64,000 nucleotides of DNA from Candidatus Omnitrophota bacterium (lineage in GTDB: Bacteria > Omnitrophota > Gorgyraeia > Gygaellales > Profunditerraquicolaceae): assembly GCA_023819035.1 (NCBI GenBank), contig JAMWCL010000001.1, forward strand, positions 66,441 through 130,440, read 5' to 3'. Both the position numbers and the translations under genes were made by a program. Below are positions 20,115-31,422 of the stretch, piece by piece. Each line of letters opens with the position of its first letter. Positions within the stretch are counted from its first letter, which is position 1. Below the pieces are notes generated by a model. It searched no databases. It was not told where the DNA came from and saw only the letters and a program-made list of their open reading frames with translations.

Positions 20115-20896
20115 CCCATAAGTTCCTCTATTCTTCTTCTTATATCCTCTGCTTCCATAATTGCTTCACCAATTAATACTGCATTTACTCCTAAGAGCTT
20201 CAAAAATAAAACATCCTGGTGGGTTCTTATTCCGCTTTCTACTACTACCACCTTATCCTTGGGGATTAAGGGATAAAGCCTTTCCGTAGTTTTTAGATCA
20301 ACCTCTAAGGTATGTAGATCCCGATTATTTATCCCGATTAAAGAAGCTTTTAAGGATAAAACCTTCTTTAATTCTTTTTCATCATGAACCTCAACGAGGG
20401 TCTCAAGACCAATCTCTTTAGCTAAATCCATTAATTCTTTTAACCTCTCTTTTGATAAAACAGTAGCGATTAAAAGTACCGCATCCGCACCATAGAAGCG
20501 CGATTCATATATCTGATATGGCTCAAGGATAAAATCTTTCCTAAGCATAGGTAATTTTATCTCTTTTTTAATCTCTGCTAAGGTTAAGATACTTCCTCCA
20601 AAATAATCCTCTTCCGTTAATACCGAGATCGCCTGAACACCTGCGTCTTGATAGATTCTAGCAATCTCTAATGGATTAAAGTTATTGCGGATTATTCCTT
20701 TGGAAGGGGATTGTTTTTTAATCTCAGCGATTAAAGAGATAAAATGGGGCTTTAAGATCGCTTTAATAAAAGGGTTAGTAGGCTTAAGCTCCTTAATCCT
20801 TTCCTTTAATTCCTCCTCAGGTAAATTCTGTTTAGCTAAAATGATCCTTTCTTTTTTCTTGATAATTATCTCTTTTAAAATATCCTTTTTTTTCAT
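20108..20896 (-). CDS. trpC: indole-3-glycerol-phosphate synthase
   Basis: 262 aa; IAEIKKQSPSKG, LRKDF motifs. Confidence 0.85.
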   Translation of the reverse strand: MKKKDILKEIIIKKKERIILAKQNLPEEELKERIKELKPTNPFIKAILKPHFISLIAEIKKQSPSKGIIRNNFNPLEIARIYQDAGVQAISVLTEEDYFGGSILTLAEIKKEIKLPMLRKDFILEPYQIYESRFYGADAVLLIATVLSKERLKELMDLAKEIGLETLVEVHDEKELKKVLSLKASLIGINNRDLHTLEVDLKTTERLYPLIPKDKVVVVESGIRTHQDVLFLKLLGVNAVLIGEAIMEAEDIRRRIEELMGW

Positions 20897-21475
20897 TTAT
20901 ACCTTTAAAAAATTAGCTAAAATATCAAGTCCTGATCTGGTCAAGATTGATTCGGGATGAAACTGTAGCCCCCATACAGGATAATCTTTATGCTTTAAAC
21001 CCATAATCTCATCATCCTTAGTCCAGGCAGTGATCTGAAGGATTTTAGGAAGGCTATTTTTCTCGACAATAAGAGAATGATATCGTGTTGCCTCAAAAGG
21101 ATTGGGTATTCCTTTAAATATGGTGCGTTGATTATGATAAATAAGCGAGGTCTTACCATGCATTAATCTTTTGGCATTAATGATCCTTGCTCCAAAAACA
21201 AAACCAATTGCCTGATGTCCAAGGCAGACCCCTAATATGGGAATCCTTCCGGCAAACTCCTTTATGAGCTCGCAGGTAATCCCCGCATATTCAGGTCTAC
21301 CCGGACCAGGGGAGATAACGATCTTGTCAGGTTTTAATCTTTTTATCAGGTCTAAAGTTATCTTATTGTTTCTAAAGACCTTTGCCCTCTGTCCCAGAGA
21401 ACCTAAATATTGCACAAGATTATAGGTAAAGGAGTCGTAGTTATCAATCATCAAGATCATTCCTTCTCCCTCCAA
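20897..21475 (-). CDS. trpG: anthranilate synthase component II / class I glutamine amidotransferase (TrpG/PabA type)
   Basis: 192 aa; catalytic GVCLGHQ; a likely start at internal MILMIDNYDSF (21460) would form an ATGA overlap with the murA stop. Confidence 0.8.
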   Translation of the reverse strand: MEGEGMILMIDNYDSFTYNLVQYLGSLGQRAKVFRNNKITLDLIKRLKPDKIVISPGPGRPEYAGITCELIKEFAGRIPILGVCLGHQAIGFVFGARIINAKRLMHGKTSLIYHNQRTIFKGIPNPFEATRYHSLIVEKNSLPKILQITAWTKDDEIMGLKHKDYPVWGLQFHPESILTRSGLDILANFLKV

Positions 21476-22722
21476 AGTTTTGCCCCTAAATTCTGTAATT
21501 TTATCTCAAAATTTTCATAACCCCGCTCTAAATGATAAATCCGGGAAACCGTAGTTATCCCTTTAGCTACCAAGCCCGCTAATACCAAGGATGCGGAGGC
21601 CCTTAAATCCGAAGCCATTACCGGAGCTCCCGAAAGCAATCTTACCCCTTCAACAATCGCATGAGGTCCTTCCCTTTGGATATAGGCTCCCATCCGATTA
21701 AGCTCAGCCACATGCATAAATCGATCCGGATAGATCTTTTCCGTAATCACACTTATCCCAGGAGTAACTGCCATTAAACTCATTATCTGTGCTTGCATAT
21801 CGGTGGGAAAACCAGGATAAGGAAGGGTAGTTACATTTACAGGTTTAAGTCTTCTTTTAAAGCGAGCGCGTAAAGAACAATGATCAACTATACTTATCTG
21901 TGCCCCTGCCTCTAAAAGCTTATCGATTAACGCACCTAAGTGTTGGTAACATAAATTTTTTATAAGAATATCACCTTTAGTTATTAAGGCAGCGATCATA
22001 AATGTTCCCGCCTCTATTCTATCGGGGATTACCTGATGGCTGGCTCCGTGTAGATGTTTTACCCCTTCTATCTCAATCAGCGGTGTACCAACACCTTTGA
22101 TCTTTGCTCCCATCTTTATTAAAAACTCACCCAGATCTATCACCTCTGGCTCACAAGCAGCGGACTCAATTATTGTCCTTCCTTCTGCTAAGGTGGCTGC
22201 CATCATTACATTGGCAGTTGCTAAGACCGAAGAGCCAAATACTCCACCTAAATAGATGTGTCTTCCCTTAAGACGATTGGCCTTGGCTACCACATAACCT
22301 GATTCGATACTGATATCTGCATTTAATGCTTTTAAGCCCTTAAGATGCAAATCTACTGGCCTTATCCCAATGACACATCCACCTGGCAAAGAGACCTTTG
22401 CCCTCTTTAACTTAGCCAAAAGAGGACCTAACACACAAAAGGATGCACGCATTGTTGAGACTAATTTATAATCAGCAACAAAGTTTATTTTGCCCGTAGA
22501 GGTAACAGTAACGGTATTCTTTTCTAAGATCACCTCTTTACCTAAAGAGCGTAATATCTTTATCATTGTTTGTGTATCACGCAGATTAGGTACATTTTTA
22601 ATTATACAGGCATCATCGGTTAGGAGGGTAGCAGCAAATATCGGTAGAACCGCATTCTTTGCGCCAGAAATAGTTACCTCGCCTTTTAAGATTGTTCCTC
22701 CTTCAATAACTAATTTATCCAT
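21457..22722 (-). CDS. murA: UDP-N-acetylglucosamine 1-carboxyvinyltransferase
   Basis: 421 aa; N-terminus [23 protein letters not shown] is characteristic of MurA. Confidence 0.9.
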   Translation of the reverse strand: MDKLVIEGGTILKGEVTISGAKNAVLPIFAATLLTDDACIIKNVPNLRDTQTMIKILRSLGKEVILEKNTVTVTSTGKINFVADYKLVSTMRASFCVLGPLLAKLKRAKVSLPGGCVIGIRPVDLHLKGLKALNADISIESGYVVAKANRLKGRHIYLGGVFGSSVLATANVMMAATLAEGRTIIESAACEPEVIDLGEFLIKMGAKIKGVGTPLIEIEGVKHLHGASHQVIPDRIEAGTFMIAALITKGDILIKNLCYQHLGALIDKLLEAGAQISIVDHCSLRARFKRRLKPVNVTTLPYPGFPTDMQAQIMSLMAVTPGISVITEKIYPDRFMHVAELNRMGAYIQREGPHAIVEGVRLLSGAPVMASDLRASASLVLAGLVAKGITTVSRIYHLERGYENFEIKLQNLGAKLWREKE

Positions 22723-23509
22723 TTTTTACCTTTTTTGCTACAATCACCCGTTCAATATTATTGTAATCCTTAACGATCTTAATAACCTCGATATCCTTTA
22801 GGCCATTAAATATAGCTTCTATCGCTGGTCTTTGATTAAATCCCATCTCCATTATTAAAAAGCTGTCTTCTTCCAAATAATCAGAAGCATCCTTAATTAT
22901 CCTGCGATAGAAATCTAAACCATCCTTACCACCATCTAAAGCAATGCGTGGCTCATATTTTATCTCAGAGGCCAAGGTATCTATTTCTTTAGTAGCTATA
23001 TAAGGGGGGTTACTGACAATTAATCGATAACGCTTAAACCTTAAACAATCACTATTAAAAAGATCTGCCCTAATGAAATCTATCTCAACATTATTTAAAA
23101 TCGCATTTTCTTTAGCTACCTTTAAGGCCTCATCGGATATATCGGTGGCATCTATCTCAGCCTGGGGGAAAAATTTTGCTAAGGATATACCAATACAACC
23201 CGAACCTGTACCAAGGTCAAGAATTCTTATCTCTTTATTTTTTATCCTCTTGAGATAATTTAATGCGGTCTCAACCAAAATCTCCGTTTCTTGACGAGGA
23301 ATAAATACATAAGGGGTAAGTTTAAACTCTAATCCCATAAATTCAGTTTTACCTAAGATATATTGAATTGGCTGACCATACATCCTTCTTTTTAATATGG
23401 CGGCAAGCAGAGAAGACCTATCTTTTTTAAGAATTAGCTCTCTATTCTCATACAGATAGAATCTGTCGCAGTTTAAAATCTCTGTAAATAGGATCTCGGT
23501 CTCATTCAT
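22715..23509 (-). CDS. prmC: release factor glutamine N5-methyltransferase (HemK/PrmC)
   Basis: 264 aa; SAM-binding [10 protein letters not shown] and catalytic NPPY (VSNPPYI). Confidence 0.85.
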   Translation of the reverse strand: MNETEILFTEILNCDRFYLYENRELILKKDRSSLLAAILKRRMYGQPIQYILGKTEFMGLEFKLTPYVFIPRQETEILVETALNYLKRIKNKEIRILDLGTGSGCIGISLAKFFPQAEIDATDISDEALKVAKENAILNNVEIDFIRADLFNSDCLRFKRYRLIVSNPPYIATKEIDTLASEIKYEPRIALDGGKDGLDFYRRIIKDASDYLEEDSFLIMEMGFNQRPAIEAIFNGLKDIEVIKIVKDYNNIERVIVAKKVKNG

Positions 23510-24560
23510 TTTTATTAATATCCAGCTGGGTCATAAGAGCATCAATTAGCTCATCCAAATCCCCATCAAGAATTGTATCTAGTTTATATAAAGTTAAATT
23601 AACGCGATGGTCAGTTACTCTGTGCTCAGGAAAGTTATAGGTTCTAATCTTCTCACTTCTCTGACCAGAACCAATCTGAGCTCTTCTTGTTTGGGAGATC
23701 CTTTCAAACTCCTCCTTCTGTTTCATCTCCAAAAGACGCGCTCTTAGAATACGCATTGCTTTATTTTTATTCTTTATTTGAGAGCGTTCATCCTGACAGG
23801 CAACCACCATTCCGGTAGGGATATGGGTAATCCTTACTGCGGAATCGGTTTTTTGCATATGTTGTCCACCTGGCCCAGAGGATCTAAAGGTATCGATTCT
23901 TAAATCCTTTGATTCAATAACCAGATCAATTTCCTTTGGTTCAATAAGCACTGCTACCGTAGCGGTAGAGGTATGGATTCTACCTTGCGCCTCAGTTGCT
24001 GGAATCCTTTGGACACGATGCACCCCACTTTCAAATTTAAGTCTTTTATAGGCATCTTTGCCTTTTACGCTAAAGACTATCTCTTTAAAACCCCCTGCTT
24101 CATTAGAACTGCAGGACATTAGCTCAACTATCCAGCCTTTTCTTGCAGAGTATCTTGTATACATTCGATATAAATCAGCAGCAAATAGTCCTGCCTCATC
24201 TCCCCCTGTGCCCTGTCTTATCTCCATTATTACATCTTTATTTAAATCTGGATCTTGACTGCTTAATCTTTTTCTTATCTCTTCTTCCAAAGATAACCTT
24301 TTTTTCTGAAGTTCATCTAACTCCCTTTTAACTAACTCTATAAATTCCTTCTCATGCTTCTCTAAAAGCACTGTTTTTAATTTCTCTAACTCTTCAGATA
24401 CTCTTTTAAACTCTCTAAATAAAAATACCTCTTCTTTTATCTGCGCCATCTCCTTGGCATAGCCCTGATATCTTTCTTTATCCGCAATAACCTCAGAAGA
24501 GGCTAAAAGTTGCTCTAATTCCTTATAATGCTGTTCTAATTTTTCTAAATACTGGTACAT
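23502..24560 (-). CDS. prfA: peptide chain release factor 1
   Basis: 352 aa; GGQ motif ([18 protein letters not shown]). Confidence 0.9.
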   Translation of the reverse strand: MYQYLEKLEQHYKELEQLLASSEVIADKERYQGYAKEMAQIKEEVFLFREFKRVSEELEKLKTVLLEKHEKEFIELVKRELDELQKKRLSLEEEIRKRLSSQDPDLNKDVIMEIRQGTGGDEAGLFAADLYRMYTRYSARKGWIVELMSCSSNEAGGFKEIVFSVKGKDAYKRLKFESGVHRVQRIPATEAQGRIHTSTATVAVLIEPKEIDLVIESKDLRIDTFRSSGPGGQHMQKTDSAVRITHIPTGMVVACQDERSQIKNKNKAMRILRARLLEMKQKEEFERISQTRRAQIGSGQRSEKIRTYNFPEHRVTDHRVNLTLYKLDTILDGDLDELIDALMTQLDINKNE

Positions 24561-24563
24561 CTT

Positions 24564-24767
24564 TTATTCTTTTTTCCCATAACGCTTCATAAACCTCTCA
24601 ACCCTTCCTGCGGTATCAACAAATTTCTGTTTTCCCGTAAAAAAGGGATGACATCTTGAACATATCTCTACACGGATGTTAGGCTTGGTAGAACGGCTAT
24701 GGATCGTATTTCCGCAAGCACATACAATTACACAGTCCTGATACCTTGGATGGATATTATCCTTCAT
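24564..24767 (-). CDS. rpmE: 50S ribosomal protein L31
   Basis: 67 aa; MKDNIHP...C.C......C.RCHPF L31 zinc-ribbon pattern. Confidence 0.9.
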   Translation of the reverse strand: MKDNIHPRYQDCVIVCACGNTIHSRSTKPNIRVEICSRCHPFFTGKQKFVDTAGRVERFMKRYGKKE

Positions 24768-24789
24768 CTTAGGTTTACCTCCTTTTAAG

Positions 24790-26046
24790 TTACTGGTTCA
24801 TACTGGCAAGAAACTCCTCATTGTTCTTTGTCTTCGATAACTTCTCAATTAATAGCTCCATTGCCTCAACATTATTAAGTTCATTTAAAACCTTCCTTAA
24901 TACCCAAATCTTCTGGAGTTGCTCGGGTTTTACCAGTAACTCCTCATGACGGGTATTAGAACGTTTTATATCGATAGCGGGATAAATTCTACGCTGAAAA
25001 AGAGTTCTGTCAAGTTGTAATTCCATATTCCCTGTGCCTTTAAATTCCTCAAAGATTACCTCATCCATACGGCTTCCGGTATCAATCAACGCAGTGGCAA
25101 TTATAGTAAGACTACCCCCTTCCTCTACCGCCCTCGCTGCCCCAAAGAATCTTTTTGGTTTTTGCAGGGCATTGGAGTCTATACCTCCTGAAAGAACCTT
25201 ACCACTATGAGGCACCACCGCATTGTAAGCCCTGGCTAAGCGGGTTATACTATCCAACAGGATTACCACATCACGCTTATGCTCAACTAATCGCTTTGCT
25301 TTTTCTAAGACGATCTCCGCTACCTGCACATGCCTTTCCGGTGGTTCATCAAATGTAGAAGAGATCACCTCACCCTTGACATTCCTCTGCATATCAGTAA
25401 CCTCTTCAGGTCGCTCATCAATAAGAAGTACAATCAAGATTACATCCGGATGATTACGCATAATCACATTCGCAAGTTTCTGGAGAAGCACGGTTTTACC
25501 ACTATAAGGTTGGGCTACAATTAGACCACGTTGTCCTTTGCCAATAGGAGTAAGCAGACTCATAATCCGAATAGATATCTCATCCGCAGGACATTCTAAG
25601 TTAAATGGCTCATGAGGATATATAGGAGTAAGATTATCAAAGAGCACCTTTTCCTTTATTTCCTCGGGATTCTCAAAATTGACTGCCTCAACCTTTAAAA
25701 GGGCAAAGTACTTTTCTCCTTCTTTAGGTGGCCGGATTTGGCCACTTACCGTATCTCCTGTCCTTAAATCAAATTTTCTTATTTGAGAAGGGGAGATATA
25801 GATATCATCAGGACAAGGCAGATAATTATAATTAGGAGATCTTAAAAAACCAAACCCCTCAGGAAGAATCTCTAAAACCCCTTCCCCAAACATCAACCCC
25901 TCTTTTTCTGCCTGTGCTTGAAGGATTTTAAAAATAAGGTCTTGCTTACGCAAACCACTAAAACCATTTACATTTAATTCTTTAGCTAGGTTAGTTAACT
26001 CAGGCAGTCTCATTTCTTTTAAAACTGCTATGTTTAATTTCTCCAC
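24790..26046 (-). CDS. rho: transcription termination factor Rho
   Basis: 418 aa; N-terminal domain [14 protein letters not shown]; RecA-type ATPase domain. Confidence 0.9.
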   Translation of the reverse strand: MEKLNIAVLKEMRLPELTNLAKELNVNGFSGLRKQDLIFKILQAQAEKEGLMFGEGVLEILPEGFGFLRSPNYNYLPCPDDIYISPSQIRKFDLRTGDTVSGQIRPPKEGEKYFALLKVEAVNFENPEEIKEKVLFDNLTPIYPHEPFNLECPADEISIRIMSLLTPIGKGQRGLIVAQPYSGKTVLLQKLANVIMRNHPDVILIVLLIDERPEEVTDMQRNVKGEVISSTFDEPPERHVQVAEIVLEKAKRLVEHKRDVVILLDSITRLARAYNAVVPHSGKVLSGGIDSNALQKPKRFFGAARAVEEGGSLTIIATALIDTGSRMDEVIFEEFKGTGNMELQLDRTLFQRRIYPAIDIKRSNTRHEELLVKPEQLQKIWVLRKVLNELNNVEAMELLIEKLSKTKNNEEFLASMNQ

Positions 26047-26702
26047 CTCAACCTCCTTATTATTTTGTTTACCTGTCTTTTTGTTTTTTTAAGACTGAAT
26101 GTATTATCTATTACGAAATCTGCCATCTTAATTTTTTTAGATAAGGGCATCTGTGCCTTAATCCTTTTTAATATCTCTTCCTCTTCCATCGAGAATTTCT
26201 TCTTAATTCTTTCAATCTGGATTTTTCTGTCTATCTTCACTACGATCAATATATCTACAATCTGCGCTAATCCTGCTTCTAATAAAAGAGGAGCATCCAA
26301 AACCACTATTCCCTTTTTAAAAGAATGAAGCTTTTCTTTAACTATCTTTATTACCTTGGGATGAATGATACAATTTAACTTAAGTAAAAGCTTTTTATTA
26401 TTAAATACTATATTTGCTAATTTTTTTCGATTAATCTGTTTATTTATGTTAAGAATCTCTTTACCCAATAATCCTATTATTTTTTTATAGGCGGGGCTAC
26501 CTCTTCTTATACAACGATGGGCTAATCTATCTAAATCTATAACCTTTGCCCCATATTTTTTAAATATCCTTGCTACCGTGGTCTTTCCACTACCAAAGCT
26601 TCCGGTAATCCCAATAACCAACCTATCCTTGAGTTGCCCTTTCATATAACTGGATATATCTTTTTGCCGATTCAAACCAAGAGAAGTTACACTGCATGGC
26701 AT
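26034..26702 (-). CDS. coaE: dephospho-CoA kinase
   Basis: P-loop [13 protein letters not shown]; the true start is probably the internal MKGQLK (about 26645). Confidence 0.8.
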   Translation of the reverse strand: MPCSVTSLGLNRQKDISSYMKGQLKDRLVIGITGSFGSGKTTVARIFKKYGAKVIDLDRLAHRCIRRGSPAYKKIIGLLGKEILNINKQINRKKLANIVFNNKKLLLKLNCIIHPKVIKIVKEKLHSFKKGIVVLDAPLLLEAGLAQIVDILIVVKIDRKIQIERIKKKFSMEEEEILKRIKAQMPLSKKIKMADFVIDNTFSLKKTKRQVNKIIRRLRWRN

Positions 26703-28011
26703 TCCTCATAAGCATAAGCCATCTTTCTTTATTCTTAAAGGTATCTATTGCTTGTTTTATAGTCTTTAATAAATCTTCTTTGGTATAATTTTCAAAAACA
26801 AAACCATTCTTTTCATTCACCGTGTCTGCTAACCCCCCTGTCTTAAATACCAAAGGTATGGTTCCGTATTTTAAACTGATCATCTGGCCTAAACCACAGG
26901 GTTCGTACCTAGAAGGCATAAGGAATATATCAGAACCTGCATATATCTTATGCGCTAAAGGGTCATCAAATTTAAGATGCAAAGATAAAATCTTAGGAAA
27001 TCTTCTGGCGATATCCTGTAAGAGCTGATGGTATTTTAAATCACCTACCCCTAAGATCACCATCTGGATCTCCATCTTAGCAATCTCCTCCATCGCTTCT
27101 AGTAAGATATCGAATCCCTTCTGTTGAGCCAATCTTGAGACTATCCCTAAAAGGGGTATCTCTTTTTTAAGGGGTAAGTTACAGATTTTTTGGAGTTCTC
27201 TTTTGTTTTTATATTTATCCTCTAAATTATTTAGAGAATAATTCGTGGTAATAAATTTATCGTTCTGGGGATTCCAAATAGAATAATCCAAACCATTCAG
27301 GATTCCAAATAAAGAATCCTTACGTTTACCTAAGACACCCTCTAAACCAAAACCAAACTCTTTAGTTTGTATCTCTTTACTATAAGTTTGACTTACTGTG
27401 CTAATTAAATCAGAAAAAACAATTCCGCCCTTTAAGATGTTTATCTTTCCATAAAATTCAAGCATATCCATATTAAAAAGCTCCCAGCTAAGACCCAATT
27501 TAGGAAACTCCTCCTTAGGAAACAATCCTTGATAACCCAGATTATGTATGGTTAAGACGGTCTTTGTATTTTTATAGAAAGGGTCATCCTTATAGAGATT
27601 TTTTAAATATACAGGAATCAAGGCAGATTGCCAATCATGACAATGAATGATATCGGGTTTAAAATCTATCTTTTTTATTAATGCTAAGGTCGCCCTACAG
27701 TAATAGGCAAATCTATCCAGATTATCCTTATAATCCCCTTTTTTATCTTGATAAAGACCATCGCGATTAAAATATTTTTGATGTTTTATAAAATAAACCT
27801 TTATGTTTTTACCGATAGTAGAATATAGGATATTACCTTTTAAGCTTTGGATGTTAAACTTAGCATCGCTAATCACCTTATACTTTGGCATCACTAAAAT
27901 TATCTGTTGATCAAGCTCCTCTAATGCCAAAGGCAAAGCTCCCAGTACATCTGCCAGACCTCCCGTCTTGGCAAAAGGCACTACCTCTGAGGCACACATT
28001 GCGATCTTCAT
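26623..28011 (-). CDS. glgA: glycogen synthase (ADP-glucose type, GT5)
   Basis: 462 aa; KTGGLADV motif near the N-terminus. Confidence 0.85.
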   Translation of the reverse strand: MKIAMCASEVVPFAKTGGLADVLGALPLALEELDQQIILVMPKYKVISDAKFNIQSLKGNILYSTIGKNIKVYFIKHQKYFNRDGLYQDKKGDYKDNLDRFAYYCRATLALIKKIDFKPDIIHCHDWQSALIPVYLKNLYKDDPFYKNTKTVLTIHNLGYQGLFPKEEFPKLGLSWELFNMDMLEFYGKINILKGGIVFSDLISTVSQTYSKEIQTKEFGFGLEGVLGKRKDSLFGILNGLDYSIWNPQNDKFITTNYSLNNLEDKYKNKRELQKICNLPLKKEIPLLGIVSRLAQQKGFDILLEAMEEIAKMEIQMVILGVGDLKYHQLLQDIARRFPKILSLHLKFDDPLAHKIYAGSDIFLMPSRYEPCGLGQMISLKYGTIPLVFKTGGLADTVNEKNGFVFENYTKEDLLKTIKQAIDTFKNKERWLMLMRNAMQCNFSWFESAKRYIQLYERATQG

Positions 28012-30548
28012 TTGATCACCTCCATATCTAACCAGTTTTTGCCTTTTTTTACCTGTACCTTTATCGGTACATCTAATTTTAAAACATTCTCCATTTTATC
28101 CTTTACCAAACTTACAAATAAATCCATCTCATTATCTGGAACATCAAACAACAATTCATCATGGATTTGAAGAATCATTTTTGTTTTAAGGTTTCTTTTT
28201 TTTATCTCACGATGTATCTGAATCATCGCTAACTTTATTAAATCACTAGCGGAGCCCTGTACAGGGGCATTCACTGCTTGACGCTGAGCAAACTGACGAA
28301 TGCTCTGATTTTTACTGTTAATCTCCGAAATGTATCTACGTCTTCCTAAGATAGTACTTACAAAACCATTCTTTTGGGCTTTTATTATCTGCTCATCTAT
28401 ATATTCTTTTACCTTAGGATACCTTACAAAATAAGCATCAATAAATCCCTGTGCTTGCTCAACCGAAATCCCCAGATCACGGCTTAAACCGTAGGCAGTC
28501 AGACCATAAATAATCCCGAAGTTTACCCTCTTGGCTATCTCACGCATAGAATCGTCTATATCTTCTTCATCCAAACCATAGATTAAAGATGCGGTAATCC
28601 GATGAATGTCTTTGTCTTGTCTAAATGTTGAAAGGAGATTCTCGTCATGACAGAGATGGGCAAGAATCCTCAGTTCTATCTGGGAGTAATCACAGGATAA
28701 AAGAAAACTATCCTGATTAAAGCAGACTATCGCACGTCTAATATTTCTTCCGATCTCTGTCTTTATAGGGATATTTTGAAGATTAGGATTGCTTGAACTG
28801 AGCCTTCCTGTCTCTGTGCCCGTTTGATTAAAAAATGTATGAACTCTATTAGTGTAAGGATCAATCAGATTGGGCAAAACATCAACATAGGTAGTTTTTA
28901 ATTTAGTTAATTGCCGATATTCAAGTAATAGTTGAGGTAATCGATGGTAAGCAGAAAGGCTCTTTAAGACCTCTTCATCAGTAGAAGGTCCGGTCTTACT
29001 TTTCTTAACTATGGGTAGCTTCAGTCTCTCAAAGAGTATCTCTCTTAATTGCTTGGGTGAATTAAGGTTAAATTGACAACCGCTTAAAATATAGATCTCA
29101 TCAATTAATTTTATTAATTTCTTCTCGATCTTTTGAGAAAGTTCCTTAAGCATCTGGGTATCTAAACTTATACCCGTTAACTCCATCTCTGCCAAAACCT
29201 CAACCAAAGGCATCTCTAAATCCATAAAAAGTTTAAAGAGAGCTTTTTGTTTAAGTTCCTTTTCTAATATGGGCTTCAGTTCTAAGATTAGTTCGATAGC
29301 AGTCTTGTTATTTAAAGATCCCATTCCTGTTTTACCCAGATAATCCCAGGCAAGAGTATTTAAGCTATAGTCATTTTTGCTGGGGTTAAGAAGATAACCG
29401 GCGATCATGGTATCAAAATACAATCCTTTTAAATCTATTCCCTCTTTCGCTAAAGATACCATCATCCTTTTTAAATCGTGACCTATCTTTTTTATCTGAG
29501 GATTAGTTAATATCTCCTTAAGATAATTAGGATTATCCTTGATTTGAAAAAATCTATCTTCTGTATAAAAGATAAGCTCTTTTGTACTAAAACCATATAA
29601 AAATAACTCATTGGTAGATTTTAAAATCTTTTTTATAAATTCTTCTTCAAGTGATAAAACCAGAGGTTGATTTTCCTTTTTTTCTTCTTGAAGTGGAAGA
29701 TTTTTAAGGAGGGTTTTAAATTCAAGATAATTAAAGATCTTAAATAACTCCTGATAATCCGCCTTACTAATTTTTAAATCCTCGGGTTCTAGGTCTATCT
29801 GTAGATCATCCTTTAAGGTCACCAATTGTTGATTTAATCTTATTTTTTCAATACTATTTTTAATTGCCTCTTTTATCCTCTCTTTTTTTATCTTATCAAT
29901 ATTACTTAATAAATCCTTTAAACTTCCGAAGGTTCTAATTAGCTCTACCGCGGTTTTCTCTCCAATACCTGAGACGCCGGGGATATTATCCACATCATCC
30001 CCCATTAAGGCAATGATATCAACTATCCTTTCCGGCTCCACCCCAAAGCGTTCTGAGATCTTTTTACGGTCATAAAGTATCCCTGCCTCTTTATAAGGGC
30101 TAAATACTACAGTATTTTCATCTACTAACTGAAGTATATCTTTATCTGAACTTATAATGGTAACAAAAAAATTCTTATCCTTGGCTTTCTTAACCAAGGT
30201 AGCAATTATATCATCTGCCTCATAACCTTCTTTCTCAATGATCCTGATCCCATAATTAGATACGATCCTTTTTATGAAGGGTATCTGACTAGACAGTTCA
30301 TCCGGCATGGGTGGACGTTGAAGTTTATATTCAGCAAATTTCTCCTGCCTAAAGGTTTTTCGGGAAACATCAAAGCAGACCCCGAAAAATTGTGGTTTTT
30401 CATTCTTCAGAATCTTATTTAACATATTCACAAATCCATATATAGCATTAGTAGGTTGTCCAAAAGAGGTAAATAGTCCCTTTAAAGCATAAAATGCCCG
30501 ATAACAAAAAGCAGTAGCATCCACTAAATATATCTTCTTTTTATTCAT
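28008..30548 (-). CDS. polA: DNA polymerase I
   Basis: 846 aa; 5' nuclease N-terminus; family A polymerase motifs (DYSQIELRILAH, QVHDELLFD with Q in place of the usual first residue). Confidence 0.9.
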   Translation of the reverse strand: MNKKKIYLVDATAFCYRAFYALKGLFTSFGQPTNAIYGFVNMLNKILKNEKPQFFGVCFDVSRKTFRQEKFAEYKLQRPPMPDELSSQIPFIKRIVSNYGIRIIEKEGYEADDIIATLVKKAKDKNFFVTIISSDKDILQLVDENTVVFSPYKEAGILYDRKKISERFGVEPERIVDIIALMGDDVDNIPGVSGIGEKTAVELIRTFGSLKDLLSNIDKIKKERIKEAIKNSIEKIRLNQQLVTLKDDLQIDLEPEDLKISKADYQELFKIFNYLEFKTLLKNLPLQEEKKENQPLVLSLEEEFIKKILKSTNELFLYGFSTKELIFYTEDRFFQIKDNPNYLKEILTNPQIKKIGHDLKRMMVSLAKEGIDLKGLYFDTMIAGYLLNPSKNDYSLNTLAWDYLGKTGMGSLNNKTAIELILELKPILEKELKQKALFKLFMDLEMPLVEVLAEMELTGISLDTQMLKELSQKIEKKLIKLIDEIYILSGCQFNLNSPKQLREILFERLKLPIVKKSKTGPSTDEEVLKSLSAYHRLPQLLLEYRQLTKLKTTYVDVLPNLIDPYTNRVHTFFNQTGTETGRLSSSNPNLQNIPIKTEIGRNIRRAIVCFNQDSFLLSCDYSQIELRILAHLCHDENLLSTFRQDKDIHRITASLIYGLDEEDIDDSMREIAKRVNFGIIYGLTAYGLSRDLGISVEQAQGFIDAYFVRYPKVKEYIDEQIIKAQKNGFVSTILGRRRYISEINSKNQSIRQFAQRQAVNAPVQGSASDLIKLAMIQIHREIKKRNLKTKMILQIHDELLFDVPDNEMDLFVSLVKDKMENVLKLDVPIKVQVKKGKNWLDMEVIK

Positions 30549-30599
30549 TAACTAACACATGGAAACAATTGGGGTAGGGAAAATAAAAGTTGTGGTTTC

Positions 30600-31367
30600 T
30601 TATTTTGATAACAATCTTGCCCGTACTTTTTCGATGAACCTTTTAATCTCAGAATTAGTAGGATCTAGCTGTAAAGCATCGATTGCTTTCTTTAAGGCAG
30701 TGACATTATCAGCCTTATTATAACTTATCTGGGCTTGCCTAAAATAAAACTTAGCAAGTTCTTTATCATCCTCCCGCTGAATCGCCCTTTCTCCTAAGAT
30801 GTCCTTTACTAGCTCAGTTACCTCAGATTCTTTTAAGATACTATTTGAGGAAATCCCCTTAATCTTAGCAATATCTTTAAGACGTTGCTTAGCCTTCTGG
30901 GTCCAGGGGTCGCTAGAAGAACCCAATTTTACACGCTTTTCCCAGTAAAAGGCTGCCTTATCTAAATCCCGCTTTTTCTCGTAGAGTAAGGCTAAATTTG
31001 AGTAGGGGCTTAAATAGTAAGGATCAATCTGAATAGCCTTAAGGTAACTCTCCTCTGCTTGTTCAACCATATTCATGGCTTCATATATTATCCCTAAATC
31101 ATTATAGACTACCGCATAACCAGGATCTAATTCCTGTGCCTTGCGATAAAAACTTAAAGCCTTCTCTAAATCACCCCGCTGTTGTAATTCCAATCCTTGC
31201 TCCCGATAGAGCCTTGCCTGCTTCTGTAATAAAGGGAGTTTTTCGCTCTTTGGTTGTTCGGCAAGCTGTTCATTTTTGCCTTGGGAAAAGATTAAAGGAG
31301 TATAACTAAAAGTAAGAATTATTATAAGAAGAACCTCTGAAAATCTCTTCCAAAAAGATAGGCCCAT
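30600..31367 (-). CDS. secreted TPR-repeat protein
   Basis: 255 aa; signal peptide; repeated LxxAxxxYxxAxxxxPxxxxAxxxLG TPR units. Confidence 0.6.
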   Translation of the reverse strand: MGLSFWKRFSEVLLIIILTFSYTPLIFSQGKNEQLAEQPKSEKLPLLQKQARLYREQGLELQQRGDLEKALSFYRKAQELDPGYAVVYNDLGIIYEAMNMVEQAEESYLKAIQIDPYYLSPYSNLALLYEKKRDLDKAAFYWEKRVKLGSSSDPWTQKAKQRLKDIAKIKGISSNSILKESEVTELVKDILGERAIQREDDKELAKFYFRQAQISYNKADNVTALKKAIDALQLDPTNSEIKRFIEKVRARLLSK

Positions 31368-31422
31368 CTTTCGTCAGAGAGTATTATACATTATAGCCAT
31401 AAACAGTCAAGAAAAAAATATC

